Part shown: positions 1 to 8,816 of the stretch, one piece after another
Layout: each line of letters starts with the position of its first letter
Position numbering within the stretch: position 1 is the stretch's first letter
NCBI GenBank assembly: GCA_038046765.1
Contig: JBBSVN010000007.1
Span: forward strand, 48,989-112,988
Length of the DNA stretch: 64,000 nucleotides
Direction of reading: 5' to 3'
DNA from: Candidatus Micrarchaeota archaeon
GTDB lineage: Archaea > Micrarchaeota > Micrarchaeia > Anstonellales > Bilamarchaeaceae
Made by a program: the position numbers and the translations under genes
The notes under the pieces: generated by a model
The model's database searches: none
Seen by the model: only the letters and a program-made list of their open reading frames with translations
What the model was told of the DNA's origin: nothing

Positions 1-1
1 A

Positions 2-322
2 TGTTATACGTTGCAAGGGGACAATAATCAGGTACCAGATAAAGAATGCGTTAAACCCTCGCAGATAACTTCATTAGTTTTGGGTATCTTATTTTTCAAA
101 AATGAACAAATCAACTCTTGTCCATCAGGAATTGATGCAATAATTTCCGATAAAGATATTTCTTGTATTGATTCCAGATTAAAAGCAGGTATTTATCCAA
201 GCGAGAGCAAAATCGGTCAGTCAATCGACTACTATAAATTCTGCTCTAGTTACAATTCTGCAATGCCTTATACGATTGTTTCTCCAGATGGAAAAGTTTC
301 TTGTTACTCTAATGTCAGGTAA
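2..322 (+). CDS. C-terminal part of a Cys-rich hypothetical protein, truncated by the window edge
   Basis: The frame is open from base 2 (CYTLQGDNN...) to TAA at 322 and contains several Cys; no recognisable family. Confidence 0.55.
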   Translation, partial: CYTLQGDNNQVPDKECVKPSQITSLVLGILFFKNEQINSCPSGIDAIISDKDISCIDSRLKAGIYPSESKIGQSIDYYKFCSSYNSAMPYTIVSPDGKVSCYSNVR

Positions 323-369
323 CTTTTGTGATTTTAAATTCTTGCTTATAACTATTTAGTATAGTTGGT

Positions 370-435
370 AAAATGAAAATCCAGTAAACAGGATAACCGT
401 TTACTATCTTTTCATTTTTGGTGATAAAATGAAAA
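370..435 (+). promoter_or_regulatory. 5' leader switch element, copy 1 (alternative hairpins over RBS/start codon)
   Basis: ATGAAAA-TCC-AGTAAAC-loop-GTTTACT-ATC-TTTTCAT-TTTT-GGTGAT-AAAATG; homologous to 46171-46240 on the - strand. Confidence 0.65.
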
Positions 436-1337
436 TCTTAATCACAGGCGGAGCTGGATTTATTGGTTCACACCTTGCCGAAAAACTTTCGGTTAAGAAT
501 GATGTTATAATTCTAGATAATTTTATAACTGGGAGAAAGGAGAACTTAGCAAAATTAAATGTTGAACTTATTTCTCATGACATTGTAAAACCTTTTGACA
601 TAAAATGTGATGTTATTTTTAATATGGCTTCGCCTGCTTCTCCAGTTGGATACCAGGAGCATCCACTAGAAACTATGGAAGTAAACGCCTTTGGAATGAA
701 AAATATTCTTGAAAATGCTAAAAAACACGGTGCGCGAGTGCTGCAATCTTCCACTTCTGAAATTTACGGAGACCCGCTAGTTTCACCACAAGTCGAATCT
801 TACTGGGGCAATGTTAATACTCTTGGACCTCGTTCTTGTTATGACGAATCAAAAAGATTTGCTGAAACCTTATGCTATAATTATTATCATAAATTCGGTG
901 TAAATGTAATTCTTGCAAGAATTTTCAATACTTACGGGCCCAGGATGGACAAAAAGGATGGCAGAGTAATTCCTAATTTTGTCACACAAGCTCTATCTGG
1001 AAAAGATATAACTCTGTACGGAAACGGGTTACAAACAAGAAGTTTTTGTTACGTTAGCGATTTAGTTGACGGCTTAACAAAATTAGCTTTTTCTGACATT
1101 ACTTTTGATGTTTTTAATGTTGGAAATCCGCATGAAATAACTTTGCAGACTCTAGCTAATAAGGTTAAAGAACTTGCTCAAAGTAAGTCTAATATTATTC
1201 ATAAACCCCTTCCACAAGATGACCCGAAACAAAGATGTCCTAATATAACAAAAATAAAAAAAGCGGTTAACTGGGAACCCAAAGTTAGTTTAGATGACGG
1301 GTTAAAGAAAACGATTGAATGGTTTAAATCACATTAA
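429..1337 (+). CDS. UDP-glucuronate decarboxylase (UDP-xylose synthase) family SDR
   Basis: GGAGFIG, ASPASP, STSEIYGDP, YWGNVN..GPRSCYDESKR and DDPKQRCP motifs typical of UXS. Confidence 0.9.
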   Translation: MKILITGGAGFIGSHLAEKLSVKNDVIILDNFITGRKENLAKLNVELISHDIVKPFDIKCDVIFNMASPASPVGYQEHPLETMEVNAFGMKNILENAKKHGARVLQSSTSEIYGDPLVSPQVESYWGNVNTLGPRSCYDESKRFAETLCYNYYHKFGVNVILARIFNTYGPRMDKKDGRVIPNFVTQALSGKDITLYGNGLQTRSFCYVSDLVDGLTKLAFSDITFDVFNVGNPHEITLQTLANKVKELAQSKSNIIHKPLPQDDPKQRCPNITKIKKAVNWEPKVSLDDGLKKTIEWFKSH

Positions 1338-1446
1338 TTTTTTTCCAAATCATAATCGTTAGAAAAAGTTACTGATTCTTTAGCAAAGTCTTCTTTGCCA
1401 TGTATATGTTAATTCCACTTATACTATCATAACCTTCTATTTTAGG

Positions 1447-1845
1447 CTATAAAATAGCTTTGCGTATTTCTTCTTCTTGTTCTTTTGTTAATCCCATTAT
1501 TTTTACTAAATCAGTTATTACTTTTCTTATTGATTCTTCTTGGTTGGGCATTTGGTTTAGCTTTAAAGCAGATATCTTGTACTTCGCAATAGTTATTGCA
1601 ATTTCTGTTAATTCTGGTTTTGAGCAGTACCATTTTGCAAAATTTATTGCTTCATGACAATTTCCTGTTTTTAAGTATTCCATAACTGCACTTTTTACTG
1701 TGCTTGTTCTTACCTGGTCAAAGTTCATTTCTAATGCAAAATCTGCTAATCTAGTTAATCTATCTATAAGTGGCCCACTAAATGCTCCTCTTAATCCCCC
1801 TGCATGTTTTACTACTGCGCTTGTTCTTGTGTTGCTTAATTGCAT
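1447..1845 (-). CDS. hypothetical protein (likely start MQLSN at 1845)
   Basis: Protein-like helical ORF filling the gap; no motif recognised. Confidence 0.6.
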   Translation of the reverse strand: MQLSNTRTSAVVKHAGGLRGAFSGPLIDRLTRLADFALEMNFDQVRTSTVKSAVMEYLKTGNCHEAINFAKWYCSKPELTEIAITIAKYKISALKLNQMPNQEESIRKVITDLVKIMGLTKEQEEEIRKAIL

Positions 1846-1924
1846 AAAAATCATTTGTACTCTTGTTTCTTAATATGCATATGTATGCAAACATTTAAAT
1901 ATACTTTTGATAACAAATTATGCT

Positions 1925-2110
1925 ATGTCAACACCAGTTCTTAAGTTAAAACCTAAAATTCGTCCTACAAGAGAACAAATTGAAGTCGCACAAAGAAGAC
2001 GTGAATGGGAAAAATACTCGCTCTGCGGTAATCGATCTGATGTATTAAGCGGAATTCCGGGCACAAGGGAATTTATGGGTAAAATCAGATATCTCAAATT
2101 CTATTACTAG
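1925..2110 (+). CDS. small hypothetical protein (MSTPVLKLKP...)
   Basis: ATG at 1925 with a TATA-like TTTAAATA about 25 nt upstream. Confidence 0.45.
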   Translation: MSTPVLKLKPKIRPTREQIEVAQRRREWEKYSLCGNRSDVLSGIPGTREFMGKIRYLKFYY

Positions 2111-2172
2111 TATATTTTTATATTTCATTAAACATACTATTATTTATCAAATATAATTATAGGTAAAAAATC

Positions 2173-2904
2173 ATGATCGGAATAATTCTAGCAGCTGGAA
2201 GAGGAACGAGGCTTAGACCTTTAACCTATGCAATACCTAAACCGTTACTTCCCGTAGGAGGAAAACCAGTCTTAGAATATGCGATTGAAAATCTAAAAGC
2301 ATGTAAGGAAATTAAAAAGATCTATGTTGCAGTATCTCACTCAAGAGAACTAATTGAAAATTATTTACAGCATGTTGACTATGGAATTGAAATTGAAACC
2401 GTACACACGCTAGGCTGGGAAACTGGCGGAGATTTAAAAACAATAATTACATCAAAAGAAATAACTGATAACGTCATTGTTGCTTATGGCGATATTGTAT
2501 CAAAAATAGACGTAAATGAAATGCTTAATTTTCATAAAAAACAAAATAAACCTGCAACAGTTGCGCTTTTTGCTGTTCCAAAAGAAGACGTTTATAGGTT
2601 TGGAATTGCCGAGGTTCAAAATAACTTAGTAAAACGGTTTGTTGAAAAACCAAAGCTTGAAGATGCGCCATCTAATTTGGCAAATGCTGGTTATTACATA
2701 CTTGAAAAAAGTGCTTATTCTAAATTAGTTATGGAAAAGAAAAAAGTTGAAGAAACACTATTTCCTGAGCTTGCGCCATCGGGTAACTTGGCTGGTTATG
2801 TTTGCAAACCAGATTATTGGCTCGATATCGGTACAATCGAATCATATAGAAAAGCTAACCGAATGATCGAAGGAATTATTGCGCCTAATGTGAATGGAAA
2901 GTGA
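2173..2904 (+). CDS. sugar-phosphate nucleotidyltransferase
   Basis: ILAAGRGTRLRPLT..PKPLLPV, FVEKP and WLDIGT motifs. Confidence 0.92.
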   Translation: MIGIILAAGRGTRLRPLTYAIPKPLLPVGGKPVLEYAIENLKACKEIKKIYVAVSHSRELIENYLQHVDYGIEIETVHTLGWETGGDLKTIITSKEITDNVIVAYGDIVSKIDVNEMLNFHKKQNKPATVALFAVPKEDVYRFGIAEVQNNLVKRFVEKPKLEDAPSNLANAGYYILEKSAYSKLVMEKKKVEETLFPELAPSGNLAGYVCKPDYWLDIGTIESYRKANRMIEGIIAPNVNGK

Positions 2905-2910
2905 AATAAA

Positions 2911-3073
2911 ATGAACGCTATACCTATTGCTAGAATCGTTTACGAAAATTCTGATAAAGACATAACTAAATGCTTTGGACTTTGGGAAAATTTACCAAAA
3001 AAAAGAAACCGATCTTATTGAAACAGAAGCAATTAAGGCTAGAAAAGCTAAATGGAGAAAGATAAAAATGTGA
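2911..3073 (+). pseudogene. frameshifted VapB-like antitoxin remnant
   Basis: MNAIP..DITKCFGLWENLPKK, then an A8 run (2997-3004). Removing one A continues ETDLIETEAIKARKAKWRKIKM*, resembling archaeal VapB C-termini. Confidence 0.35.
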
Positions 3074-3115
3074 AATCTATACGTAGTACAAGACATATCA
3101 AATAAAGTGTTATAT

Positions 3116-4051
3116 ATGAAAATTCTAGTAACAGGAGGAGCGGGATTTATTGGTTCATCAACCGTAGATGCTTTACTTAAAGAAGGATACGATGTACGTG
3201 CACTAGATAATTTTGAGCCTTACTACTCGCCAGAACAAAAAAGAAAAAATCTTGAAAATGCAAGAAAAAATAAAAACTTTGAATTAATCGAAGGAGATAT
3301 TACTAATTTAGAAATTGTTAAAAAAGCGGTTTCTGGCGTAGATGCGATAATTCACCAGGCAGCCCAAGCTGGTGTTCGCGCGTCAGTAGATAATCCTGCT
3401 AAAACTAATCGTATAAATATCGATGGAACTTTAAACGTTCTTACTTGTGCAAAGGATGCTGGAATTAAAAAAATAGTTTTTGCTTCTTCATCTTCTGTTT
3501 ATGGAAAAGTAAAATATTTGCCTTTTGATGAATTGCACCCAACTAACCCAGTTTCCCCATACGGCGTTAGCAAACTAGCTTGCGAACATTATTGCAGAGT
3601 ATTTTCCGAGCTTTATGGTTTAGAAATTCCGATGCTTAGATATTTTACTGTTTATGGTCCGCGTATGCGTCCTGATTTAGCAATAAATATTTTTATGCAT
3701 AAAATGATCAAAAACGAATCAATTACGCTCTTTGGGGACGGATTAAAGAGCAGGGATTTTACTTACATTGATGATGTCGTTAGCGCAACCATCCTGGCAT
3801 TAGAGAAAGGTAAAACAGATACTTTCAATGTTGGGGGCGGAAACTATTGCATAATGAATGAGTTAATCGAAAAGCTAATGCAGATAACTAATAGCAAATC
3901 TAAAATAATTAAAATAGAAAATGCTAAAGGCGATGCTGAACATACTAAAGCGGATAACAAAAAAGCAAAAGATATTTTGGGATGGAAACCTAAGGCGAAA
4001 CTCGAAGAAGGACTTAAAATTTACTACGAATGGATTTTGAAGAATGAGTAA
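3116..4051 (+). CDS. NAD-dependent NDP-sugar epimerase/dehydratase
   Basis: GGAGFIG, AAQAGVRAS, SSSSVYG, PYGVSK and YFTVYGPRMRPD (UDP-glucuronate 4-epimerase-like). Confidence 0.9.
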   Translation: MKILVTGGAGFIGSSTVDALLKEGYDVRALDNFEPYYSPEQKRKNLENARKNKNFELIEGDITNLEIVKKAVSGVDAIIHQAAQAGVRASVDNPAKTNRINIDGTLNVLTCAKDAGIKKIVFASSSSVYGKVKYLPFDELHPTNPVSPYGVSKLACEHYCRVFSELYGLEIPMLRYFTVYGPRMRPDLAINIFMHKMIKNESITLFGDGLKSRDFTYIDDVVSATILALEKGKTDTFNVGGGNYCIMNELIEKLMQITNSKSKIIKIENAKGDAEHTKADNKKAKDILGWKPKAKLEEGLKIYYEWILKNE

Positions 4052-4078
4052 ATGTGCAAATTATCTTAAGCTGGTCAA

Positions 4079-5548
4079 ATGGCAAATGAGCAACAAATTC
4101 TTGAACCGACTAAAGCGAAAGACTTAGAATTAAGTAAAACAATTCCCGTATTAAAAACTCAAATTCTTATTGATAAAATTTCAAAACATCTCGAGCGATT
4201 TAAGGAAATACTGGAATTGAATAAAGAAAAAATACGTAAATTTGATTATGAACAAGGCGGAATTGCGATTCGAGATATTTCGGCATATTATAAAAAAACC
4301 GTTAAAGAACAAAAACAGGATTTAAAATGGTTAGACTCATTTGAAGGATTTCTAGCTGTTACAGTGGATTACCTGGAAGAATCATCAAAAAAACTGAAAA
4401 ATCCCGAAAAACTGAGCCCTCTTGCTAATGCATTTTTTTCTATTCAAAGCTTTTTAAGTGGTAAAGTAATAAATGATTTTGGGGATGCTCAAAAAATCAA
4501 AGCATGGACTAAAATATTTCCAAAAGTAAGAGATTTAATGTATGTGAATAATCTAGCTGTGCTTGTATTTTATGCTAAGCATTTCGATGTCCTTAAGTTT
4601 GATTTAGAAAAAGTTGAAAATGTAGAAAAATTAATTGGAAAATACAGTTCTAAAGGTTTTTTAGATGAACCAGAGCATGATAAAGCTTATTATAATGCAC
4701 GCATTCTTTTGCATTATATATTTGATAATCCTAATTTCGAGCCAAGCGAATCATTTGGTGTTAAATTTGCCGATTTTAGCAATAGTGTAAATCGTCTAAT
4801 TGCTTTGCGTATAAAATTTGAAGAAAAAGTCAAACAATTTAATCAATATAATTTATCTGAAAGTGATGATTATTCATTACTTATTGTTAAATCCTATTTC
4901 GAACTAAAACAAAGAAATATTAAATTAGATGTGCTAATCTCAGAAATTCAAAATCGAGTCGAAGAAAAAATTTCTAAACTAGCCAATTTTTCTAAATTTA
5001 ACAAAGGTAAACTCGAAAATTTAAGAAAATCTGCAGATTATCCACACGGCTTAACTGGTTTAGTTCGCCAAGGTGAAGCTGCTTTTATAAGTAAATCTAG
5101 TCGTTCTAAAGAAATCGGTCTATATACCGCCCGAGCAGAAATGTGCAGTATCGTTGTAACTGTTTCGCGTGATGAAAATGGTGAAATATCTGCAGTTGGT
5201 TTATCCCATGTTGATCCTGGAACCGAAGATGAGGAACTTAAAAAATTGTTTGTTACTGCCAGAAAATATGGTAAGGTCGAAATAAGTATTGTAAGCGGTA
5301 CGCTCTTCAAATCTCAGAATCTTTTTGATATTGCTAGTTTGTATGGAAAAGTTGTTTTTGTAAATTGCGACATTAACGGAGAACGAGACGATGCTTTAGC
5401 GGTAGATAAAAACGGAAATTTATACTATGGCGAAAACAAGCGTTTAGATAAAGCAGCAGAAAAGATTGGTGGTTTTGGAAGAGACGAAGTTAGAGAAAAG
5501 GAAGACTACAAAATATTCTATGATCGAGTTTTTGAAGTAAAAAACTAA
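4079..5548 (+). CDS. orphan protein with helical N-terminus and C-terminal CheD/NTAN1/CNF1-like Cys-His deamidase domain
   Basis: VRQGEAA...LYTARAEMCSIVV...VGLSHVD pattern (C356, H377). Confidence 0.55.
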   Translation: MANEQQILEPTKAKDLELSKTIPVLKTQILIDKISKHLERFKEILELNKEKIRKFDYEQGGIAIRDISAYYKKTVKEQKQDLKWLDSFEGFLAVTVDYLEESSKKLKNPEKLSPLANAFFSIQSFLSGKVINDFGDAQKIKAWTKIFPKVRDLMYVNNLAVLVFYAKHFDVLKFDLEKVENVEKLIGKYSSKGFLDEPEHDKAYYNARILLHYIFDNPNFEPSESFGVKFADFSNSVNRLIALRIKFEEKVKQFNQYNLSESDDYSLLIVKSYFELKQRNIKLDVLISEIQNRVEEKISKLANFSKFNKGKLENLRKSADYPHGLTGLVRQGEAAFISKSSRSKEIGLYTARAEMCSIVVTVSRDENGEISAVGLSHVDPGTEDEELKKLFVTARKYGKVEISIVSGTLFKSQNLFDIASLYGKVVFVNCDINGERDDALAVDKNGNLYYGENKRLDKAAEKIGGFGRDEVREKEDYKIFYDRVFEVKN

Positions 5549-5622
5549 TAACCTTTAAAAACTTATTACGAGTGGATAAATAATAACGAATAAAGAATCT
5601 ATTTTACTTAAGGTGTTTATCC

Positions 5623-6549
5623 ATGAAAGAAAAACTACTCGATATTATTGTCTGCCCAACTTGTAAAGGAAACCTGAACTTAAAAGCAACTAAACAGATA
5701 AATGATGATGTTGAAGAGGGGATGCTTAATTGCAGGAAATGCAAGGTTGGTTATAATATCATAAATTCTGTTCCTCGTTTTGTTCCAGATGATGATTATG
5801 TAGAAAACTTTAGCATGGAGTGGAACACTCATAAAGTAACTCAATTAGATTCTAGAACCGGAAGAAATGAATCTGAAGAAACATTCAAGGAAGTTACTGG
5901 TTTTAACCAAAAAGACCTAAAAGGAAAACTCGTTTTAGATGTTGGATGCGGATCAGGTAGATACTTAGAAATCGCATCCAAATTTGGTGCAGAAGTTGTT
6001 GGCATTGATTTAAGTTTTGCAGTTGATGCAGCACAAGAAAACTTAGGAAAACAAAAAAATATGCACATAATTCAGGCTAATGTTTTTAGTTTGCCATTTA
6101 AGGAGGATACTTTTGACATCATTTACAGTATAGGCGTCCTTCACCATACACCTGATTGTAAAAAAGCATTTATGTGCTTACCAAATCTGCTTAAAAAACC
6201 AGGTAAAATTAGTATCTGGTTATACTCTAAAAAATTACATTTCATTGCAACAGACGTACTAAGAATTGTTACTACTAGAATGAATAAACATCATCTTTAC
6301 GGTTTATGTAAAACTGTCGTGCCGCACATTTATGCTGCAACAAGGGTGCCTTTAGTTGGTTATCCATTTCGAGCGTTTATTTCAACTCACCATCACCCAG
6401 AGTGGCGAGTTCTAGATACGTTTGACTGGTATTCTCCAAAATATCAAAGCAAGCACAGCAACAACGAAGTAATACAGTGGTTCAATGAAGCTGGGCTTAA
6501 AAATGCAAGAGCCTTAACCAAGGATACTTCGGTTACTGGTGAGAAATAA
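5623..6549 (+). CDS. class I SAM methyltransferase with N-terminal Trm112-like Zn domain
   Basis: LLDIIVCPTCKG..LNCRKC..Y.I...VPRF; VLDVGCGSG; GVLHHTP. Confidence 0.85.
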   Translation: MKEKLLDIIVCPTCKGNLNLKATKQINDDVEEGMLNCRKCKVGYNIINSVPRFVPDDDYVENFSMEWNTHKVTQLDSRTGRNESEETFKEVTGFNQKDLKGKLVLDVGCGSGRYLEIASKFGAEVVGIDLSFAVDAAQENLGKQKNMHIIQANVFSLPFKEDTFDIIYSIGVLHHTPDCKKAFMCLPNLLKKPGKISIWLYSKKLHFIATDVLRIVTTRMNKHHLYGLCKTVVPHIYAATRVPLVGYPFRAFISTHHHPEWRVLDTFDWYSPKYQSKHSNNEVIQWFNEAGLKNARALTKDTSVTGEK

Positions 6550-6580
6550 TTTTTTTCCTTTTTATAATTTAATTTTCAAT

Positions 6581-6961
6581 CTATTTCATTCCTAGATAAC
6601 TTTCAATATCTTTTAATGTGGATAATTTGACTAGAAACAATGCTAGAAACATTGCGCCTACTACTGCAAAATCCTGGTTTGGAATTGGGCTTAAAAAAAT
6701 ATTTACTATAAATGCCATACAAAAATAAACTATCATAAATAAGAATGCTTTTGAAACTGCATTGGCTGAACTAAGTTTTAATTCATTCTCAGATAAAAAT
6801 TTGTTTCTCTGGTTTCCAAAAATAATTCCTATTATCGCAATTATAATTAGTAATAAAACTACTAGTTTCATACTTGATCTGTCCAAAAAGCTACCTATAA
6901 TAACAAGGATAAATGAAACGAAAAGAAGAATTTGGAATACGTTGCTTTTTTTACTAAACAT
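6581..6961 (-). CDS. small four-TM membrane protein
   Basis: Four hydrophobic segments; GAGGT RBS upstream. Confidence 0.7.
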   Translation of the reverse strand: MFSKKSNVFQILLFVSFILVIIGSFLDRSSMKLVVLLLIIIAIIGIIFGNQRNKFLSENELKLSSANAVSKAFLFMIVYFCMAFIVNIFLSPIPNQDFAVVGAMFLALFLVKLSTLKDIESYLGMK

Positions 6962-6998
6962 GTTATTTTACCTCTATGTCTAACAGTTAATAATTCTC

Positions 6999-7106
6999 CT
7001 AATTTAAAACACCAAATGCGAGTATCGCACCGACTAAAAGTATTAAGAGCAATATCGCCCACCCATAGTTAGTAAGAAAATCTGTTTTTTCACTTTTCTT
7101 TGCCAT
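6999..7106 (-). CDS. 35-aa peptide resembling an archaeal pilin N-terminal helix (not in the ORF track)
   Basis: MAKKSEKTDFLTNYGWAILLLILLVGAILAFGVLN*, matching the EFLxTYGWAIL...FGVL pattern of DPANN pilin-like N-termini. Confidence 0.6.
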   Translation of the reverse strand: MAKKSEKTDFLTNYGWAILLLILLVGAILAFGVLN

Positions 7107-7168
7107 GTTGATATAAAATAAGACAAGGTATAAAAATGTGCTTCGTACTTTCACTCACTTTCTTTTAG

Positions 7169-7365
7169 ATAAATGAAGATAAGGTTTTATCTGACACCAT
7201 TCTTTTCGAAACCTTAACGGTAATTAATTATAAAAGAAATACTCAATTCTGTAAAGCTGTTTATCAGGAGTTGGTGGATAACCAAGACCTAATATTATTT
7301 TATCTTAATGAGTCGGAACGAATTGAAATTCTAAATAAATTCCCTAATCAAAAAGGTAAATCAGA
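7169..7365 (+). pseudogene. VapC/PIN toxin fragment
   Basis: Start-less open frame INEDKVLSDTILFETLTVINYKRNTQFCKAVYQEL..., like the central PIN helix (SDxILxETLTV); preceded by TAG at 7166. Confidence 0.45.
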
Positions 7366-7372
7366 AATAGAT

Positions 7373-8743
7373 CTATTGATGAAACAATCCGCTTAAATTT
7401 AAACCATTTAACTTTACCTTAGCCATTTTCACGTCAACTAGAAAAGCGCTAGCTGCAACTAAAATAATTAATGGTTCAACAGGAATCCTAAATCTGTAAT
7501 TAGCAACAGGCCCTACTGCTACTATATTATATAAAATAAGCGTAATTACAAGGAAAATCAACGCATAATTTTTCATCTGATAAAGTTTTTTTAAGCCAGA
7601 GATAAATAATGCGTAAAGTCCTAGTGTATAAATTACTGATAGAGTCAAAATAACTGCATAGAAACTATTTTTGCTTAGGTAGTCTAGTAAAAATCCAATG
7701 TCAAATCCTTTCTTTAGGTAAATATAAGTTAAGCTCACTGCTTCTTGCTCGCGGCCCACGGTTTTTAATAGATTATTTGGTGTTGTCGGAACAAAAAATG
7801 TTATTGCACCTTTCACATACTGTTTAGCATAAAGCAATGGGTTAGCTAGTACAAATGTATTTATTTTGGGTGTGAGTGCTTCTAGCTCTTCAAGTGGCCT
7901 GCGCTGACACTCTTCAAAACTGGATAATTTATTTTCTTTTATAAAATCCTTCCACTCGGGGTTATCTAAGCCAACATCATTAGCTAAATAAACGCCATTC
8001 CAGCAAACATAGTTTACTGTGGAAATCGCACTATATGTTATTTTATCAAGTACAATAAAATTACGGACTAGCCAAATCGAGGATATTGCAAGTGCAATCA
8101 TGGCAATCTCAATACTTTGTCTTCTGTTTTTGGTTTTTAAGTAATTGTAAATTGCAAAAACAATTGGATAAAATATCGCAACTGGTTTGATTAAAATTAA
8201 TATTCCCAGTAGTATGCTAGATGTGTTCTTTTTATCATTTACAAAATAATAAATTGCTAATAAGAATACTGTAGTAAACAAGCTTTCAGTTAAAATCTTG
8301 AAAAAGAAGGAAACAAATAATGGGCTAATTGCGTAAAGTGCCGCGGCAACGTATGCAATCTTTTCGCTCTCTTTCCTACCTTCAAAATATTTTTTTGTTA
8401 TTAAATAAATCAGGTAAATATTTGCAAAATCTAGTAAAAGTTGCACTCCTGCAATTGCTAAATCATTTAATCCGATTGAATAAAAAATTCCTAAAAATGC
8501 TGGATAACCGGCTACTCTGAATAAAGAGGCCTGTTTAGCTTCTGGGCTCTGTAAAAGAAAATCTCCTTTAGATAGTGCCTTGCCCATTACGGTGTATCCA
8601 TCTGAATCAGGATCATAAATCGCGTTTTGGTTGCCAAGTGCAATACTGGAAAATATTAAAGCACGAAGTAAAAATGCGATTATTAAAATCGTTAATAGTT
8701 TTTTATCCATAGTTTCACATTCGTCTTCTGGCTCACTGCTCAT
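7373..8743 (-). CDS. GT-C fold (ArnT/PMT-like) membrane glycosyltransferase
   Basis: Multi-TM protein; DSDGY, R..GYPAFL, ILTESLF and RFRIPVEP motifs. The start may be M at 8710. Confidence 0.8.
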   Translation of the reverse strand: MSSEPEDECETMDKKLLTILIIAFLLRALIFSSIALGNQNAIYDPDSDGYTVMGKALSKGDFLLQSPEAKQASLFRVAGYPAFLGIFYSIGLNDLAIAGVQLLLDFANIYLIYLITKKYFEGRKESEKIAYVAAALYAISPLFVSFFFKILTESLFTTVFLLAIYYFVNDKKNTSSILLGILILIKPVAIFYPIVFAIYNYLKTKNRRQSIEIAMIALAISSIWLVRNFIVLDKITYSAISTVNYVCWNGVYLANDVGLDNPEWKDFIKENKLSSFEECQRRPLEELEALTPKINTFVLANPLLYAKQYVKGAITFFVPTTPNNLLKTVGREQEAVSLTYIYLKKGFDIGFLLDYLSKNSFYAVILTLSVIYTLGLYALFISGLKKLYQMKNYALIFLVITLILYNIVAVGPVANYRFRIPVEPLIILVAASAFLVDVKMAKVKLNGLNLSGLFHQ

Positions 8744-8816
8744 GGCGCATTGCTCACTGCTACTATTAATAGTATCCTTTTAAATATTTTAAACTATTCT
8801 TATTTTTGGGTTATTT

